DNA of 32,000 nucleotides from Adlercreutzia equolifaciens DSM 19450 (GTDB taxonomy: Bacteria > Actinomycetota > Coriobacteriia > Coriobacteriales > Eggerthellaceae). Location: the NCBI RefSeq assembly GCF_000478885.1, contig NC_022567.1:1722909-1754908 (forward strand). Direction: 5' to 3'. The notes under the pieces are model-generated. The model ran no database searches and had not been told where the DNA came from. It saw only the letters and a program-made list of their open reading frames with translations. Position numbers and translations under genes: made by a program. This document shows, piece by piece, positions 24,383-32,000 of this stretch (position 1 is the stretch's first letter; each line of letters opens with the position of its first letter).

Positions 24383-24486
24383 TCAAATCTCCTATTGCAC
24401 TATAGTTCGTAACCTGCTAAAGTGATAGTTGCATTATAGTACATGACATTGCAAAGACATACCATATATGATATAAAGGAGCAGAA
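24383..24486. promoter_or_regulatory. AT-rich divergent control region between the HTH gene and the toxin gene, with repeated TTGCA(C/T)TATAGT boxes
   Basis: ttgcactatagt 24402-24413 and ttgcattatagt 24429-24440 (27-nt period); third partial ttgcaa 24449-24454. TATAAT-like hexamers occur on both strands. Exact promoters are not resolved. Confidence 0.45.
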
Positions 24487-24834
24487 ATGTTCGAGATCGA
24501 GTTCTATCGCACCAGAGAGGGCTCTTGCCCTATGGAAGCCTTTCTCGATTCACTCGACCAGAGAATGGCGATCAAGGCCCTCCAGGAACTGACGCTTCTG
24601 TCGGAGAAAGGCACCGATTTGAGAGAGCCCCATTCCAAGTCGCTCGGCGAGGGCTTGTTCGAGTTGCGCATCAAAATCGGTTCGAACATTTCACGATGCT
24701 TCTACTTCTTTCGAAGAGGCCGGAAGATCATCGTCACCAACGGTTTCGTGAAGAAGTCGCAGCGAACCCCGCTGAGAGAACTCAAGCGAGCGCGACTTTT
24801 CAAAAAAGATTGGGAGGAACGCTATGGCGACTAA
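24487..24834 (+). CDS. Type II toxin, RelE/HigB superfamily (phage Gp49-like)
   Basis: MFEIEFYRT..G.CPMEAFLDSL...GEGLFELRIKIGSNISRCFYFFRRGRKIIVTNGFVKKSQRTP matches the Gp49/HigB-type pattern. The toxin gene comes first and overlaps the antitoxin gene by 11 nt. Confidence 0.8.
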   Translation: MFEIEFYRTREGSCPMEAFLDSLDQRMAIKALQELTLLSEKGTDLREPHSKSLGEGLFELRIKIGSNISRCFYFFRRGRKIIVTNGFVKKSQRTPLRELKRARLFKKDWEERYGD

Positions 24835-25105
24835 TGATGTTCAGCGCTACATCGAGCAGCGGAGCCAGCGCGACGAAGCATTCGCCCAAGCCTGGGAGGA
24901 CGCCAAGCCTGAGTACGAAATCATGAAGCTCATTGTCGAAGGACGCCAAAGCTGTGGCCTCAGCCAACAAGAAGTAGCTGACCGCTGCGGCATGAAACAA
25001 TCCAACATAAGTCGGCTCGAGAACGGAAACGGCAACCCCACTATTTCGACGTTGCAAAAACTCGCTCACTGCTTCGGGAAGAAGCTCGAGATTCGGTTCG
25101 TTTAA
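24824..25105 (+). CDS. XRE-family HTH antitoxin (HigA-like)
   Basis: GLSQQEVADRCGMKQSNISRLENGNGNPTISTLQKLAHCFG is a classical HTH_3 domain. It lies directly downstream of the toxin gene and overlaps it. Confidence 0.8.
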   Translation: MATNDVQRYIEQRSQRDEAFAQAWEDAKPEYEIMKLIVEGRQSCGLSQQEVADRCGMKQSNISRLENGNGNPTISTLQKLAHCFGKKLEIRFV

Positions 25106-25369
25106 GCCGAGCCGTCCGCTTATTTCAATGCTCTGTACGTGATGCGAACGAGAGCGCTCGTCGGTTCCCATTCTCCTTTCTCGAATCGAGAATCAGCACT
25201 AACGGTTACCCTAAACGGTTACCCGCGCTACGCTCCCTTTCTTCAGCTCAAATCAATCTTGTCATGTCGTATATATCATGATATTCTCTTTGCTCATATA
25301 ACTAGTAGCATAACGTAATATATGCGTGTACTTATTCGTGCATACAGATTATGTTAAGGAGGATCTTCT

Positions 25370-26551
25370 ATGGGGTTGCCGATTAACCGTTCAGCTGGAG
25401 CGATTGCAGGTGTTTCGCTATTGGGACTACTCTTGAGCATATCGCTCATCGCATGCTCTTCCACCAAAGAGCATGCGATGGAGGAAAATGAGCTTCCAGC
25501 AACTTCTAGTATCGACCAAGCTGAGTCTCTCCCCATAGGAGACAACGGACAAACTACCACAGTTGAATTATACGGCATCAATGTACCAATAGGCGAAGAT
25601 TGGCAGAACGATGGTGACAGAGGAACCGACGGCTTGTGGTATGCCTCTGGATACAGCTCAAATGCGCAAGTTTGCGTTCAAGAGAACTCGATGGATAATA
25701 TGCCAATAGAAGAATGCGAACTGTCTTTGGAAGAGTTCTGCGACGGAATACTCGCGGAATACACGAATCCAGAAGTAAACATCAGTCAAAACATCTGCTC
25801 CATTCAGGGTATTAGTTGCAGGATCGCTTCTGCCTCTAATGCAAACATTAATGGAGATTTATACAACTTATGCATTCTCGTATTGCCCAGTGAGAACAAA
25901 ATCGTTTCCCTGTTTTATGCGATAGATGCAGCAACTGGAACAGAAGGCTGCTGGTATCTTGAGAGCCTTGCTCGCCAAACCACATACACTAAAGATGAAT
26001 TGACTATTATTCAGAACGCAATGCAAGAACGGCGAGAGGAAGAAGAGGCGAAAGCGAAAACGGAGGCAGAGGAGAAGGCCGCTCGCGAAGCGCTTGCCAA
26101 CGCTATCCATCCCGCCGGCACGTATAAGGTGGGGGAAGACATACCGGCAGGCGAGTACAAGCTGGAATCCTCCGGCAAAGGAGGGTATTACTGTGTGTAC
26201 CCAGATACAAGCAAATCCGAGATTCTTGAAAACGACAATTTCTCCAGTGTAAACTATATAAATCTGGAAGATGGTCAGTGCATCGAGCTATCACGTTGTT
26301 CCATGGTCGAAATCGCTTATGCCACACCAACAAGCACACCGAGCGGAGACGGGATGTACAAAATCGGATTCGACATCCCCGCTGGAGAGTACAAGCTTTC
26401 CGCAACCGACGATCGCGGATATTACTGCATCTACGACAATTCCTCTGTCACCCGCGATATTCAGGAGAATGACAATTTTGAGGGAACGACATATTGCACC
26501 GTAAGCAACAGCCAGTATCTCGTCGTCAGCAGAGCAGAAATCATACTTTAG
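25370..26551 (+). CDS. Orphan lipoprotein with a Cys-rich N-domain, charged linker and two tandem ~67-aa C-terminal repeats
   Basis: Signal peptide plus lipobox LLSISLIAC(29)SS. AAGGAGG RBS 7 nt upstream. Repeats G(T/M)YK(V/I)G.DIPAGEYKL...GYYC(V/I)Y...ENDNF at aa 249-315 and 327-393. Visibly AT-richer than the surrounding DNA. Confidence 0.85.
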   Translation: MGLPINRSAGAIAGVSLLGLLLSISLIACSSTKEHAMEENELPATSSIDQAESLPIGDNGQTTTVELYGINVPIGEDWQNDGDRGTDGLWYASGYSSNAQVCVQENSMDNMPIEECELSLEEFCDGILAEYTNPEVNISQNICSIQGISCRIASASNANINGDLYNLCILVLPSENKIVSLFYAIDAATGTEGCWYLESLARQTTYTKDELTIIQNAMQERREEEEAKAKTEAEEKAAREALANAIHPAGTYKVGEDIPAGEYKLESSGKGGYYCVYPDTSKSEILENDNFSSVNYINLEDGQCIELSRCSMVEIAYATPTSTPSGDGMYKIGFDIPAGEYKLSATDDRGYYCIYDNSSVTRDIQENDNFEGTTYCTVSNSQYLVVSRAEIIL

Positions 26552-26677
26552 ATAAATAAAGTAATCTTTGTGCGTGTATAATTCGAAATGGTAAGCAGCT
26601 ATCACATGAAGCGCTGAGGGATCTCGATCTAAATGCGGTCAGAAACCAGTATAAATCGAAACGGATCTTAAACGCGT

Positions 26678-27442
26678 CTACAGCCGCACGGGGATGCCGG
26701 CGTCTCGCATGGATTCCTTTACTTGGCGCACGGTGAGCTCGCCGAAGTGGAAGACGCTGGCGGCGAGCACGGCGTCGGCCTCGCCCTCGATGATGCCCTC
26801 GGCGAAGTGCTCGAGCTTGCCCACGCCGCCGCTGGCGATGACGGGGATGTCCACGGCCCGGGCCACGGAGCGCGTCAGGTGACAGTCGAAGCCGTCGCGG
26901 CTGCCGTCGCGATCCATGGAGGTGAGCAGGATCTCCCCCGCTCCGCGCCGGGCCGCCTCGCGCGCCCATTCGATGGCGTCGATATGAGTGTTCTTGCGGC
27001 CACCGGCCACGTAGACCTCCCACTTGTTGGGATTGCCGGGCACCGCTTTCGCGTCGATGGCGCACAGAATCGCCTGAGTGCCGAAGGCCCGGGCCGCATC
27101 GGTGATGAGCTGAGGGTTCGTCACGGCCGCCGAGTTCACCGACACCTTGTCGGCGCCGGCGGCGATCATCTTGCGAATATCGGCCACGCTGCGGAAGCCG
27201 CCGCCCACGCAGTATGGGAGGTGCAGCTCGGCCGAGGCGTGGCTCGCGAGCTCCACCGTGGTGGCGCGGTCGTCGCTCGTGGCGGTGATGTCCAAAAAAA
27301 TCACCTCGTCGGCCTTCTGCTCGTCGTAGGCACGGGCCAGCTCGATGGGGTCGCCCGCATCGCGCAGCCCCACGAAGTTCACGCCCTTCACGACGCGGCC
27401 GTCCTTTACGTCCAGGCAGGGGATTACTCTCTTTGTCAGCAT
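26678..27442 (-). CDS. hisF: Imidazole glycerol phosphate synthase, cyclase subunit
   Basis: [35 protein letters not shown] and ASGGVG. Confidence 0.95.
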   Translation of the reverse strand: MLTKRVIPCLDVKDGRVVKGVNFVGLRDAGDPIELARAYDEQKADEVIFLDITATSDDRATTVELASHASAELHLPYCVGGGFRSVADIRKMIAAGADKVSVNSAAVTNPQLITDAARAFGTQAILCAIDAKAVPGNPNKWEVYVAGGRKNTHIDAIEWAREAARRGAGEILLTSMDRDGSRDGFDCHLTRSVARAVDIPVIASGGVGKLEHFAEGIIEGEADAVLAASVFHFGELTVRQVKESMRDAGIPVRL

Positions 27443-27469
27443 CTTTTGTCAACCTGTCCGTCAGCGAAC

Positions 27470-27593
27470 CAGACGGTATTGCGATTCGCTCAGACAGTCC
27501 TCGCTGGTATCGAAGGCGTCAGGGCTAACCGCTCCCCATCGTTTATCGCCTTCGATACCATCTGCGGAACTCGCTCGGTCGCAACACCGTCTG
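27470..27593. repeat. Nested inverted repeats in the hisA-hisF spacer (candidate structured RNA element)
   Basis: Outer arms cagacggtattgcga (27470-27484) / tcgcaacaccgtctg (27579-27593), 14 of 15 complementary. Inner arms ggtatcgaaggcg (27506-27518) / cgccttcgatacc (27547-27559), 13 of 13. Confidence 0.6.
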
Positions 27594-27675
27594 TTTCGCC
27601 GACTACTCTCACTCTCTCGATAAGATTCGCTCGGTCAAGGCACCCGGCATCGCCCGGGCTACTCTTCCTTGTTTG

Positions 27676-28467
27676 CTAGCTTTCCAACTCTTCGATGGTC
27701 AGGGGACGCCCCTCCTCTTCCAACTGATCGGACAGGTGGAAGGTGCCGTCGCACGCCGCGACGCCGTCGGCCACGGTAAGGGTGCCCTCGTAGATGGCCC
27801 GACCGGTAATGACGCCCTCCACGGCGTCGGCGATGGGAGCCAGCGCCCGGATGTCAGCCGCGGTGGCAATGCCGCCGGAAACGATGACCGGGTTGCCGAA
27901 GGCGGCGGCCATCTTCGCGTAGGCGTCGTTCTCCACGCCGGTCTGCATGCCGTCGCGGGCAATGTCGGTGTAGACGAGGTGCTCGTACCCCATCGCCGCC
28001 ATGCGGCGGGCCAGGTCGGCGGCAGCCACGCCCGAGCCCTCCGTCCAGCCGGCCACGGCGGCCTCGCCGGCCTTCGCGTCGATGCCGGCAACCAGGGCAT
28101 CGGGGCCGAACTTCTCCATGGCCGCCTGGGCGAAATCGGGGTCGCGCACGAGCGCGGTGCCTAGAATAACCCGGGTCGCGCCGGCGTCGAGCAGGCGATC
28201 GGCGGCCTCGAGCGAGCGCACGCCGCCGCCTACCTCCACTTTCAGGCTCGTGCGCGCCAAAATCGCGCGCACCACTTCCAGGTTGTCGGGATTGCCGGAC
28301 TTCGCGCCATCCAGATCGACCACATGAAGCCATGTCGCACCGGCCTCCTCGAACAGCTGGGCCTGATACGCCGGATCGTCGTTGTACACGGTGACGGCAT
28401 CGTAGTCTCCCTTGGCCAGACGCACCGCGCGCCCGTCCAAAAGATCGATGGCAGGAAGAAGGTACAT
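27676..28467 (-). CDS. hisA: ProFAR isomerase (HisA)
   Basis: MYLLPAIDLLDGRAVRLAKGDY, HVVDLDGA and VSGGIAT. Confidence 0.93.
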   Translation of the reverse strand: MYLLPAIDLLDGRAVRLAKGDYDAVTVYNDDPAYQAQLFEEAGATWLHVVDLDGAKSGNPDNLEVVRAILARTSLKVEVGGGVRSLEAADRLLDAGATRVILGTALVRDPDFAQAAMEKFGPDALVAGIDAKAGEAAVAGWTEGSGVAAADLARRMAAMGYEHLVYTDIARDGMQTGVENDAYAKMAAAFGNPVIVSGGIATAADIRALAPIADAVEGVITGRAIYEGTLTVADGVAACDGTFHLSDQLEEEGRPLTIEELES

Positions 28468-28469
28468 GG

Positions 28470-29174
28470 CTACTCCTTTGACGCGACGGGGTTTTCCGCC
28501 ACCTTATCAGCGTGCGCGCTGTCGGCGCGCGCGGCTCGTGCAATGGTTGCGAAGTTGGCAAGCAGGCGCGCGCCCGCATCCGAGCTCTTCTCCGGATGGA
28601 ACTGCACGCCGAAGACGGGACGGCCCGGCACCTGCACGGCGCAGGGGAAGGTCACCGAGTGCACCGTCTCGGCAATGGTGGCCGCGCTCGGCGGCGCCAC
28701 GAAGCTGTGGGTGAAGTAGAAAAACTCGCCGGGCGCAATTCCGTCGAACAGCGAATTCGGCTCGGAGAACTCCACAGAGTTCCATCCCACATGGGGCACT
28801 TTGTAGGCGCGGCCGGCAGCGTCGGTGCGGGGCATGGCGTCTACCACGCCCTCGATGAAGCCGAGGCCGCGCGGCAGCGGACCGTCAACGGGCGCGTGCT
28901 CGGTGCCCGCCTCGAACATGAGGTGCATCCCTAAGCAGATGCCCAAAAACGGCGCACCGCCGGCCACCGCCACGTGCACCGCCTCCATCTGGCCCATCTC
29001 CTCCATGGACGCGGCGGCATCGGCGAAGGCTCCCACGCCGGGCAGCACCACGGCGTCGGCCGCGCGGATGACATCCGCCTTATCGGTCACGACGACGTCT
29101 GCCCCCGCGCCTACAAGTCCCCGCTCCACCGAGAGCAGGTTCCCCTTGTGATAGTCGACAATGACGATGCTCAC
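28470..29174 (-). CDS. hisH: Imidazole glycerol phosphate synthase, glutaminase subunit
   Basis: VSIVIVDYHKGNLLSVERGL, LPGVGAF, GICLGMHLMF (catalytic Cys) and PHVGWN. GTG start 29172-29174 overlaps the hisB stop (GTGA). Only the last 234 codons of the 563-aa track ORF are hisH. Confidence 0.9.
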   Translation of the reverse strand: MSIVIVDYHKGNLLSVERGLVGAGADVVVTDKADVIRAADAVVLPGVGAFADAAASMEEMGQMEAVHVAVAGGAPFLGICLGMHLMFEAGTEHAPVDGPLPRGLGFIEGVVDAMPRTDAAGRAYKVPHVGWNSVEFSEPNSLFDGIAPGEFFYFTHSFVAPPSAATIAETVHSVTFPCAVQVPGRPVFGVQFHPEKSSDAGARLLANFATIARAARADSAHADKVAENPVASKE

Positions 29175-29761
29175 AGAACCCCCTTCGTGGAAGGAACCGC
29201 GCCGCCCAAGGCCGGGTCGACGGCCACGGCCTGGCGCAGGGCGCGGCCTGCCGCCTTGAAGGCGGCCTCGAAGATGTGGTGCACGTTGTCGCCGGCGAGC
29301 TGCCGGATGTGCAGGGTGATGCCCGCGTTGGCCGCGAGCGCGATGAAGAACTCCCGGGCGAGCTGGGTGTCGAAATCGCCCACCATGCCGAAGGGCACCT
29401 CCACATCCCAGTGCAGCTGCCCACGCCCGGAGATATCCAGGGCCGCCAGCACCAGCGCCTCGTCCATCGGCACGAACGCGCTGCCGAACCGCTCGATGCC
29501 GGCCTTCTCTCCCAAGGCCTCGGCCAAAGCGCGCCCCAGCACGATGCCCGTGTCCTCCACCGTGTGGTGGCCGTCCACATGCAAGTCGCCGCGCACCGAC
29601 ACCTTCAGATCGAAGCGGCCGTGACGCGCGAAGGCGCACAGCATGTGGTCGAAGAACCCGATGCCGCTTGCCACGTCCGCGCGTCCCGCGCCGTCCAGGT
29701 TCACCGTGACCTCGATGCGCGTCTCCGCCGTCTCGCGGAGGATGGTGGCCTCTCTCGTCAT
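29171..29761 (-). CDS. hisB: Imidazoleglycerol-phosphate dehydratase
   Basis: ETAETRIEVTVNLDG, GIGFFDHML and DGHHTVEDTGI. Confidence 0.95.
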   Translation of the reverse strand: MTREATILRETAETRIEVTVNLDGAGRADVASGIGFFDHMLCAFARHGRFDLKVSVRGDLHVDGHHTVEDTGIVLGRALAEALGEKAGIERFGSAFVPMDEALVLAALDISGRGQLHWDVEVPFGMVGDFDTQLAREFFIALAANAGITLHIRQLAGDNVHHIFEAAFKAAGRALRQAVAVDPALGGAVPSTKGVL

Positions 29762-29773
29762 TGCTCTCCTTCC

Positions 29774-30883
29774 CTATTGCATAGCCCGCGCGCGCCGCTC
29801 GCGGCTCTCGGACAGAAAGTCGCGCAGCCCGCGGATGAACGCGTCGTTCTGCTCCGGCGTGCCGATGGTCGCCCGCAGACAGCCCTCGAGCATGGGGGCG
29901 CTGCTGAAATCGCGCACGAGCACGCCGCGGTCGTACAGGTACTGCCAGGCCGCCCCGGCATCTTCCATCGAGAACAGAATCCAGTTGGAATCCGACGGGT
30001 AGGCGGTCACGCCGGGCAGGGTGCGCAGCGCCTCCATGACGCGGCCCCGCTCCTCGATGATCTCGCGGATGCCCGGCTCGAAGCGGGCGCGGTTCTCGAA
30101 GACCACCTCTCCTATGGCCTGGGAGACGGCGTCCACGGAATAGGGCTGGCGCACCTTGCACAGCTCCTCGATGACCGGCGCGTTCGCCAAAACGTAGCCC
30201 AGGCGCACGCCCGCCAGCGAGAACGCCTTCGAGAACGTGCGCAGGATGGCGAGATTCTCGTGGGTCGCCAGCAAAGGGCGCACCGTGGCGCGCGAGAACT
30301 CGAAGTAGGCCTCGTCCACCAGCACGAGCGCATCGGTGGCGTCGAGCAGCTCTTCGATGAACGCCGTGGACGCCCTCTGGCCCGTGGGGTTGTTCGGGCT
30401 CGTTACGATGACGAAATCGATGTCGCCCTTCCCCACGCGCTCAAGCACCGCCGTTTCGTCGATGGAGAAGTCGGCCCGACGCGGCACATCCACGCAGTGG
30501 GTGTTCGTGAGCCGTGCGTTGGCCGCGTACACCGAGAAGGTCGGGGGCAGGTTCAGGAAGCTGCGCCCCGGTCCGCCCCAAGCGAGGGCCACATCGAACA
30601 AAAGCTCGTCGCCGCCGTTGCCCAGAAGGACATTGGCGCGGTCGAGCCCGTTGGCCTCGGCGATAAGATCGCGCAGGCGATTGGCCAGAGGATCGGGGTA
30701 GCGGTTCAGAGGCACCTGGGCGATGCGGCGCGCGATGGCGGCGCGCACCTCGGCGTCCACGTCGCGCGGATTCTCGTTGGCCGACAGGTACGCCTCGGCC
30801 GGCAGGTACTTCGGATCGTAGGGAACGAGCCCCTCAAGCTGGGGCGCCGACGCGCGAACCTTATTCACCGCGCGCCTCGCCAT
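29774..30883 (-). CDS. hisC: Histidinol-phosphate aminotransferase
   Basis: LSANENP, and TFSKAFSLAGVRLGY (PLP-Lys motif). Start ATG 30881-30883 overlaps the hisD end by 23 nt. An alternative GTG at 30868 has a better-spaced GAGG. Confidence 0.88.
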   Translation of the reverse strand: MARRAVNKVRASAPQLEGLVPYDPKYLPAEAYLSANENPRDVDAEVRAAIARRIAQVPLNRYPDPLANRLRDLIAEANGLDRANVLLGNGGDELLFDVALAWGGPGRSFLNLPPTFSVYAANARLTNTHCVDVPRRADFSIDETAVLERVGKGDIDFVIVTSPNNPTGQRASTAFIEELLDATDALVLVDEAYFEFSRATVRPLLATHENLAILRTFSKAFSLAGVRLGYVLANAPVIEELCKVRQPYSVDAVSQAIGEVVFENRARFEPGIREIIEERGRVMEALRTLPGVTAYPSDSNWILFSMEDAGAAWQYLYDRGVLVRDFSSAPMLEGCLRATIGTPEQNDAFIRGLRDFLSESRERRARAMQ

Positions 30884-32000
30884 CTTCCACGCCCGCCGCG
30901 GCCGAGCCGGCCACGCTCGCCTGCTCGGCGTCCAGCAGCGCCTTAAGGCGCAGGGCCACCGAGCGGGCATGGGCCCACAGCCCCTCGTGGGTGGCGATCT
31001 GCACCACAGCGCGCGCATCGTTCTTCAGGGCCGCGGGGCTGTACTGGATGATGGAGGACTTCTTCACGAAATCGTCCACGGAAAGCGGCGAAGAGTAGCG
31101 GGCCGTGCCGCCGGTGGGCAGCGTGTGGTTGGGGCCGGCCACGTAATCGCCCACGGCCTCCGGCGTCCACGCGCCCAAGAAGATGGCGCCGGCGTTGCGG
31201 ATGGCGCCCAGATACTCCATGGCGCCCTCCACGTGCATCTCCAAATGCTCGGGCGCAATGACGTTCACCGCCTCCAGGGCCTGATCCATGGAAGTGCACA
31301 CGACGATGAGCCCGTGATCGTCAAGGGAGGTGCGGGTGATGTCGGCGCGGGTGGAATCGGCCAGGTGCACCTGGATGGCCGCCTCCACCGCGTCGGCGTA
31401 GGCGTCCGAGAAGGTGACGAGGTAGCAGGCCGCCAAAGGATCGTGCTCGGCCTGGGCCATGAGATCGATGGCCACCAGCCGCGGGTCGGCCGTCTCGTCG
31501 GCCACGACGCAGACCTCCGACGGCCCGGCGATCATATCGATGCCCACATCGCCCGAGACGAGCTTCTTGGCCGCGGCCACGAAGGCGTTGCCTGGGCCGG
31601 TGATCTTGGCCACCGGGCGGATGGTCTCGGTGCCGTAGGCGAGCGCCGCCACGGCCTGGGCGCCGCCGACGGTGTAGATCTCGGTGACGCCGGCGATCTT
31701 GCAGGCAGCGAGGATGGCCGCATCCAGCGTGCCGTCCTTGGTGGGCGGCGTCACGCAGACGATGCGCTCCACGCCGGCCACCTGGGCGGGCAGGGCGTTC
31801 ATGAGCACCGTTGAGGGGTACAGCGCCCGTCCTCCGGGTACGTAGATGCCCACGGATTCCAAAGGCGTCACCTTCGAGCCCACGATGGCCCCGTCCTCGC
31901 GGGCGAAAAACCAGCTCTGCCGCTTCTGGCGCTCGTGGAAGTCGCGGATCTGGGCCGCAGCGTGCTTCAGGGCCTCGAGGGTGTCCGGGTCCACTTCCGC
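30861..32000 (-). CDS. hisD: Histidinol dehydrogenase (5' end outside the window)
   Basis: [23 protein letters not shown] and APEHLE. The reading frame stays open to the window edge. Confidence 0.9.
   Translation of the reverse strand, partial: AEVDPDTLEALKHAAAQIRDFHERQKRQSWFFAREDGAIVGSKVTPLESVGIYVPGGRALYPSTVLMNALPAQVAGVERIVCVTPPTKDGTLDAAILAACKIAGVTEIYTVGGAQAVAALAYGTETIRPVAKITGPGNAFVAAAKKLVSGDVGIDMIAGPSEVCVVADETADPRLVAIDLMAQAEHDPLAACYLVTFSDAYADAVEAAIQVHLADSTRADITRTSLDDHGLIVVCTSMDQALEAVNVIAPEHLEMHVEGAMEYLGAIRNAGAIFLGAWTPEAVGDYVAGPNHTLPTGGTARYSSPLSVDDFVKKSSIIQYSPAALKNDARAVVQIATHEGLWAHARSVALRLKALLDAEQASVAGSAAAGVEDGEARGE

Noticed and set aside
24800-25171. 123-aa minus-strand ORF antisense to the antitoxin gene, and the 133-aa alternative-frame ORF at 24525-24926.
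   Set aside because: Both overlap the well-supported toxin and antitoxin reading frames, and neither contains a recognisable domain.
24422-26605. Possible terminal inverted repeats of the his-operon insert: gtgatagttgc (24422-24432) versus gcagctatcac (26595-26605).
   Set aside because: The match is only 10 of 11 nt and could arise by chance given the search space. There is no flanking target-site duplication and no transposase.
26541-27452. 303-aa minus-strand ORF in an alternative frame of hisF.
   Set aside because: The in-frame 254-aa ORF carries all HisF motifs. The alternative frame is Arg/Gly/Pro-rich noise.
28470-30161. 563-aa minus-strand ORF covering hisH and running out of frame across hisB and hisC.
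   Set aside because: Only the last 234 codons encode HisH, which has a GTG start overlapping the hisB stop. The upstream part is an alternative frame of hisB and hisC.

Overview
GC-rich bacterial chromosome segment. It is mostly housekeeping genes and is almost entirely transcribed on the minus strand. Desulfoferrodoxin, Ala/Glu/Pro-rich tails on L31, S2, SppA and Rho, and actinobacterial-style gene products suggest an anaerobic high-GC Actinomycetota, possibly Coriobacteriia (inference only). Minus-strand order from high to low coordinate: hisD(partial)-hisC-hisB-hisH-hisA, a 233-bp structured spacer, hisF, a ~2.3-kb AT-rich insert encoded on the + strand (Gp49/HigB-like toxin, XRE antitoxin, orphan lipoprotein), an HTH gene, hisI. 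Next come a 426-bp repeat-bearing gap, an EamA/DMT transporter (+) divergent from a LysR regulator, and a transaldolase-rho-sppA-metG operon. Then follow a ~0.9-kb non-coding gap full of tandem and dispersed repeats, a DUF559-type protein, rpsB-tsf, murA, an LCP-like protein, Nfu, two small Cys-rich proteins, lgt, desulfoferrodoxin, rpmE, and glnA-atypical response regulator-polA. No rRNA, tRNA, CRISPR array, transposase or integrase was recognised. I do not see a convincing multi-gene novel system. The most unusual items are: (i) the foreign insert that splits the his operon, (ii) a palindromic TTGGAAAATGTG-based element present in two AT-rich gaps, (iii) block-structured 27-bp and 15-bp tandem arrays upstream of the DUF559 gene, (iv) nested inverted repeats in the hisA-hisF spacer, and (v) a 164-nt rod-like hairpin at the window edge. 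The many long ORFs antisense to or out of frame with recognised genes are treated as high-GC artefacts.
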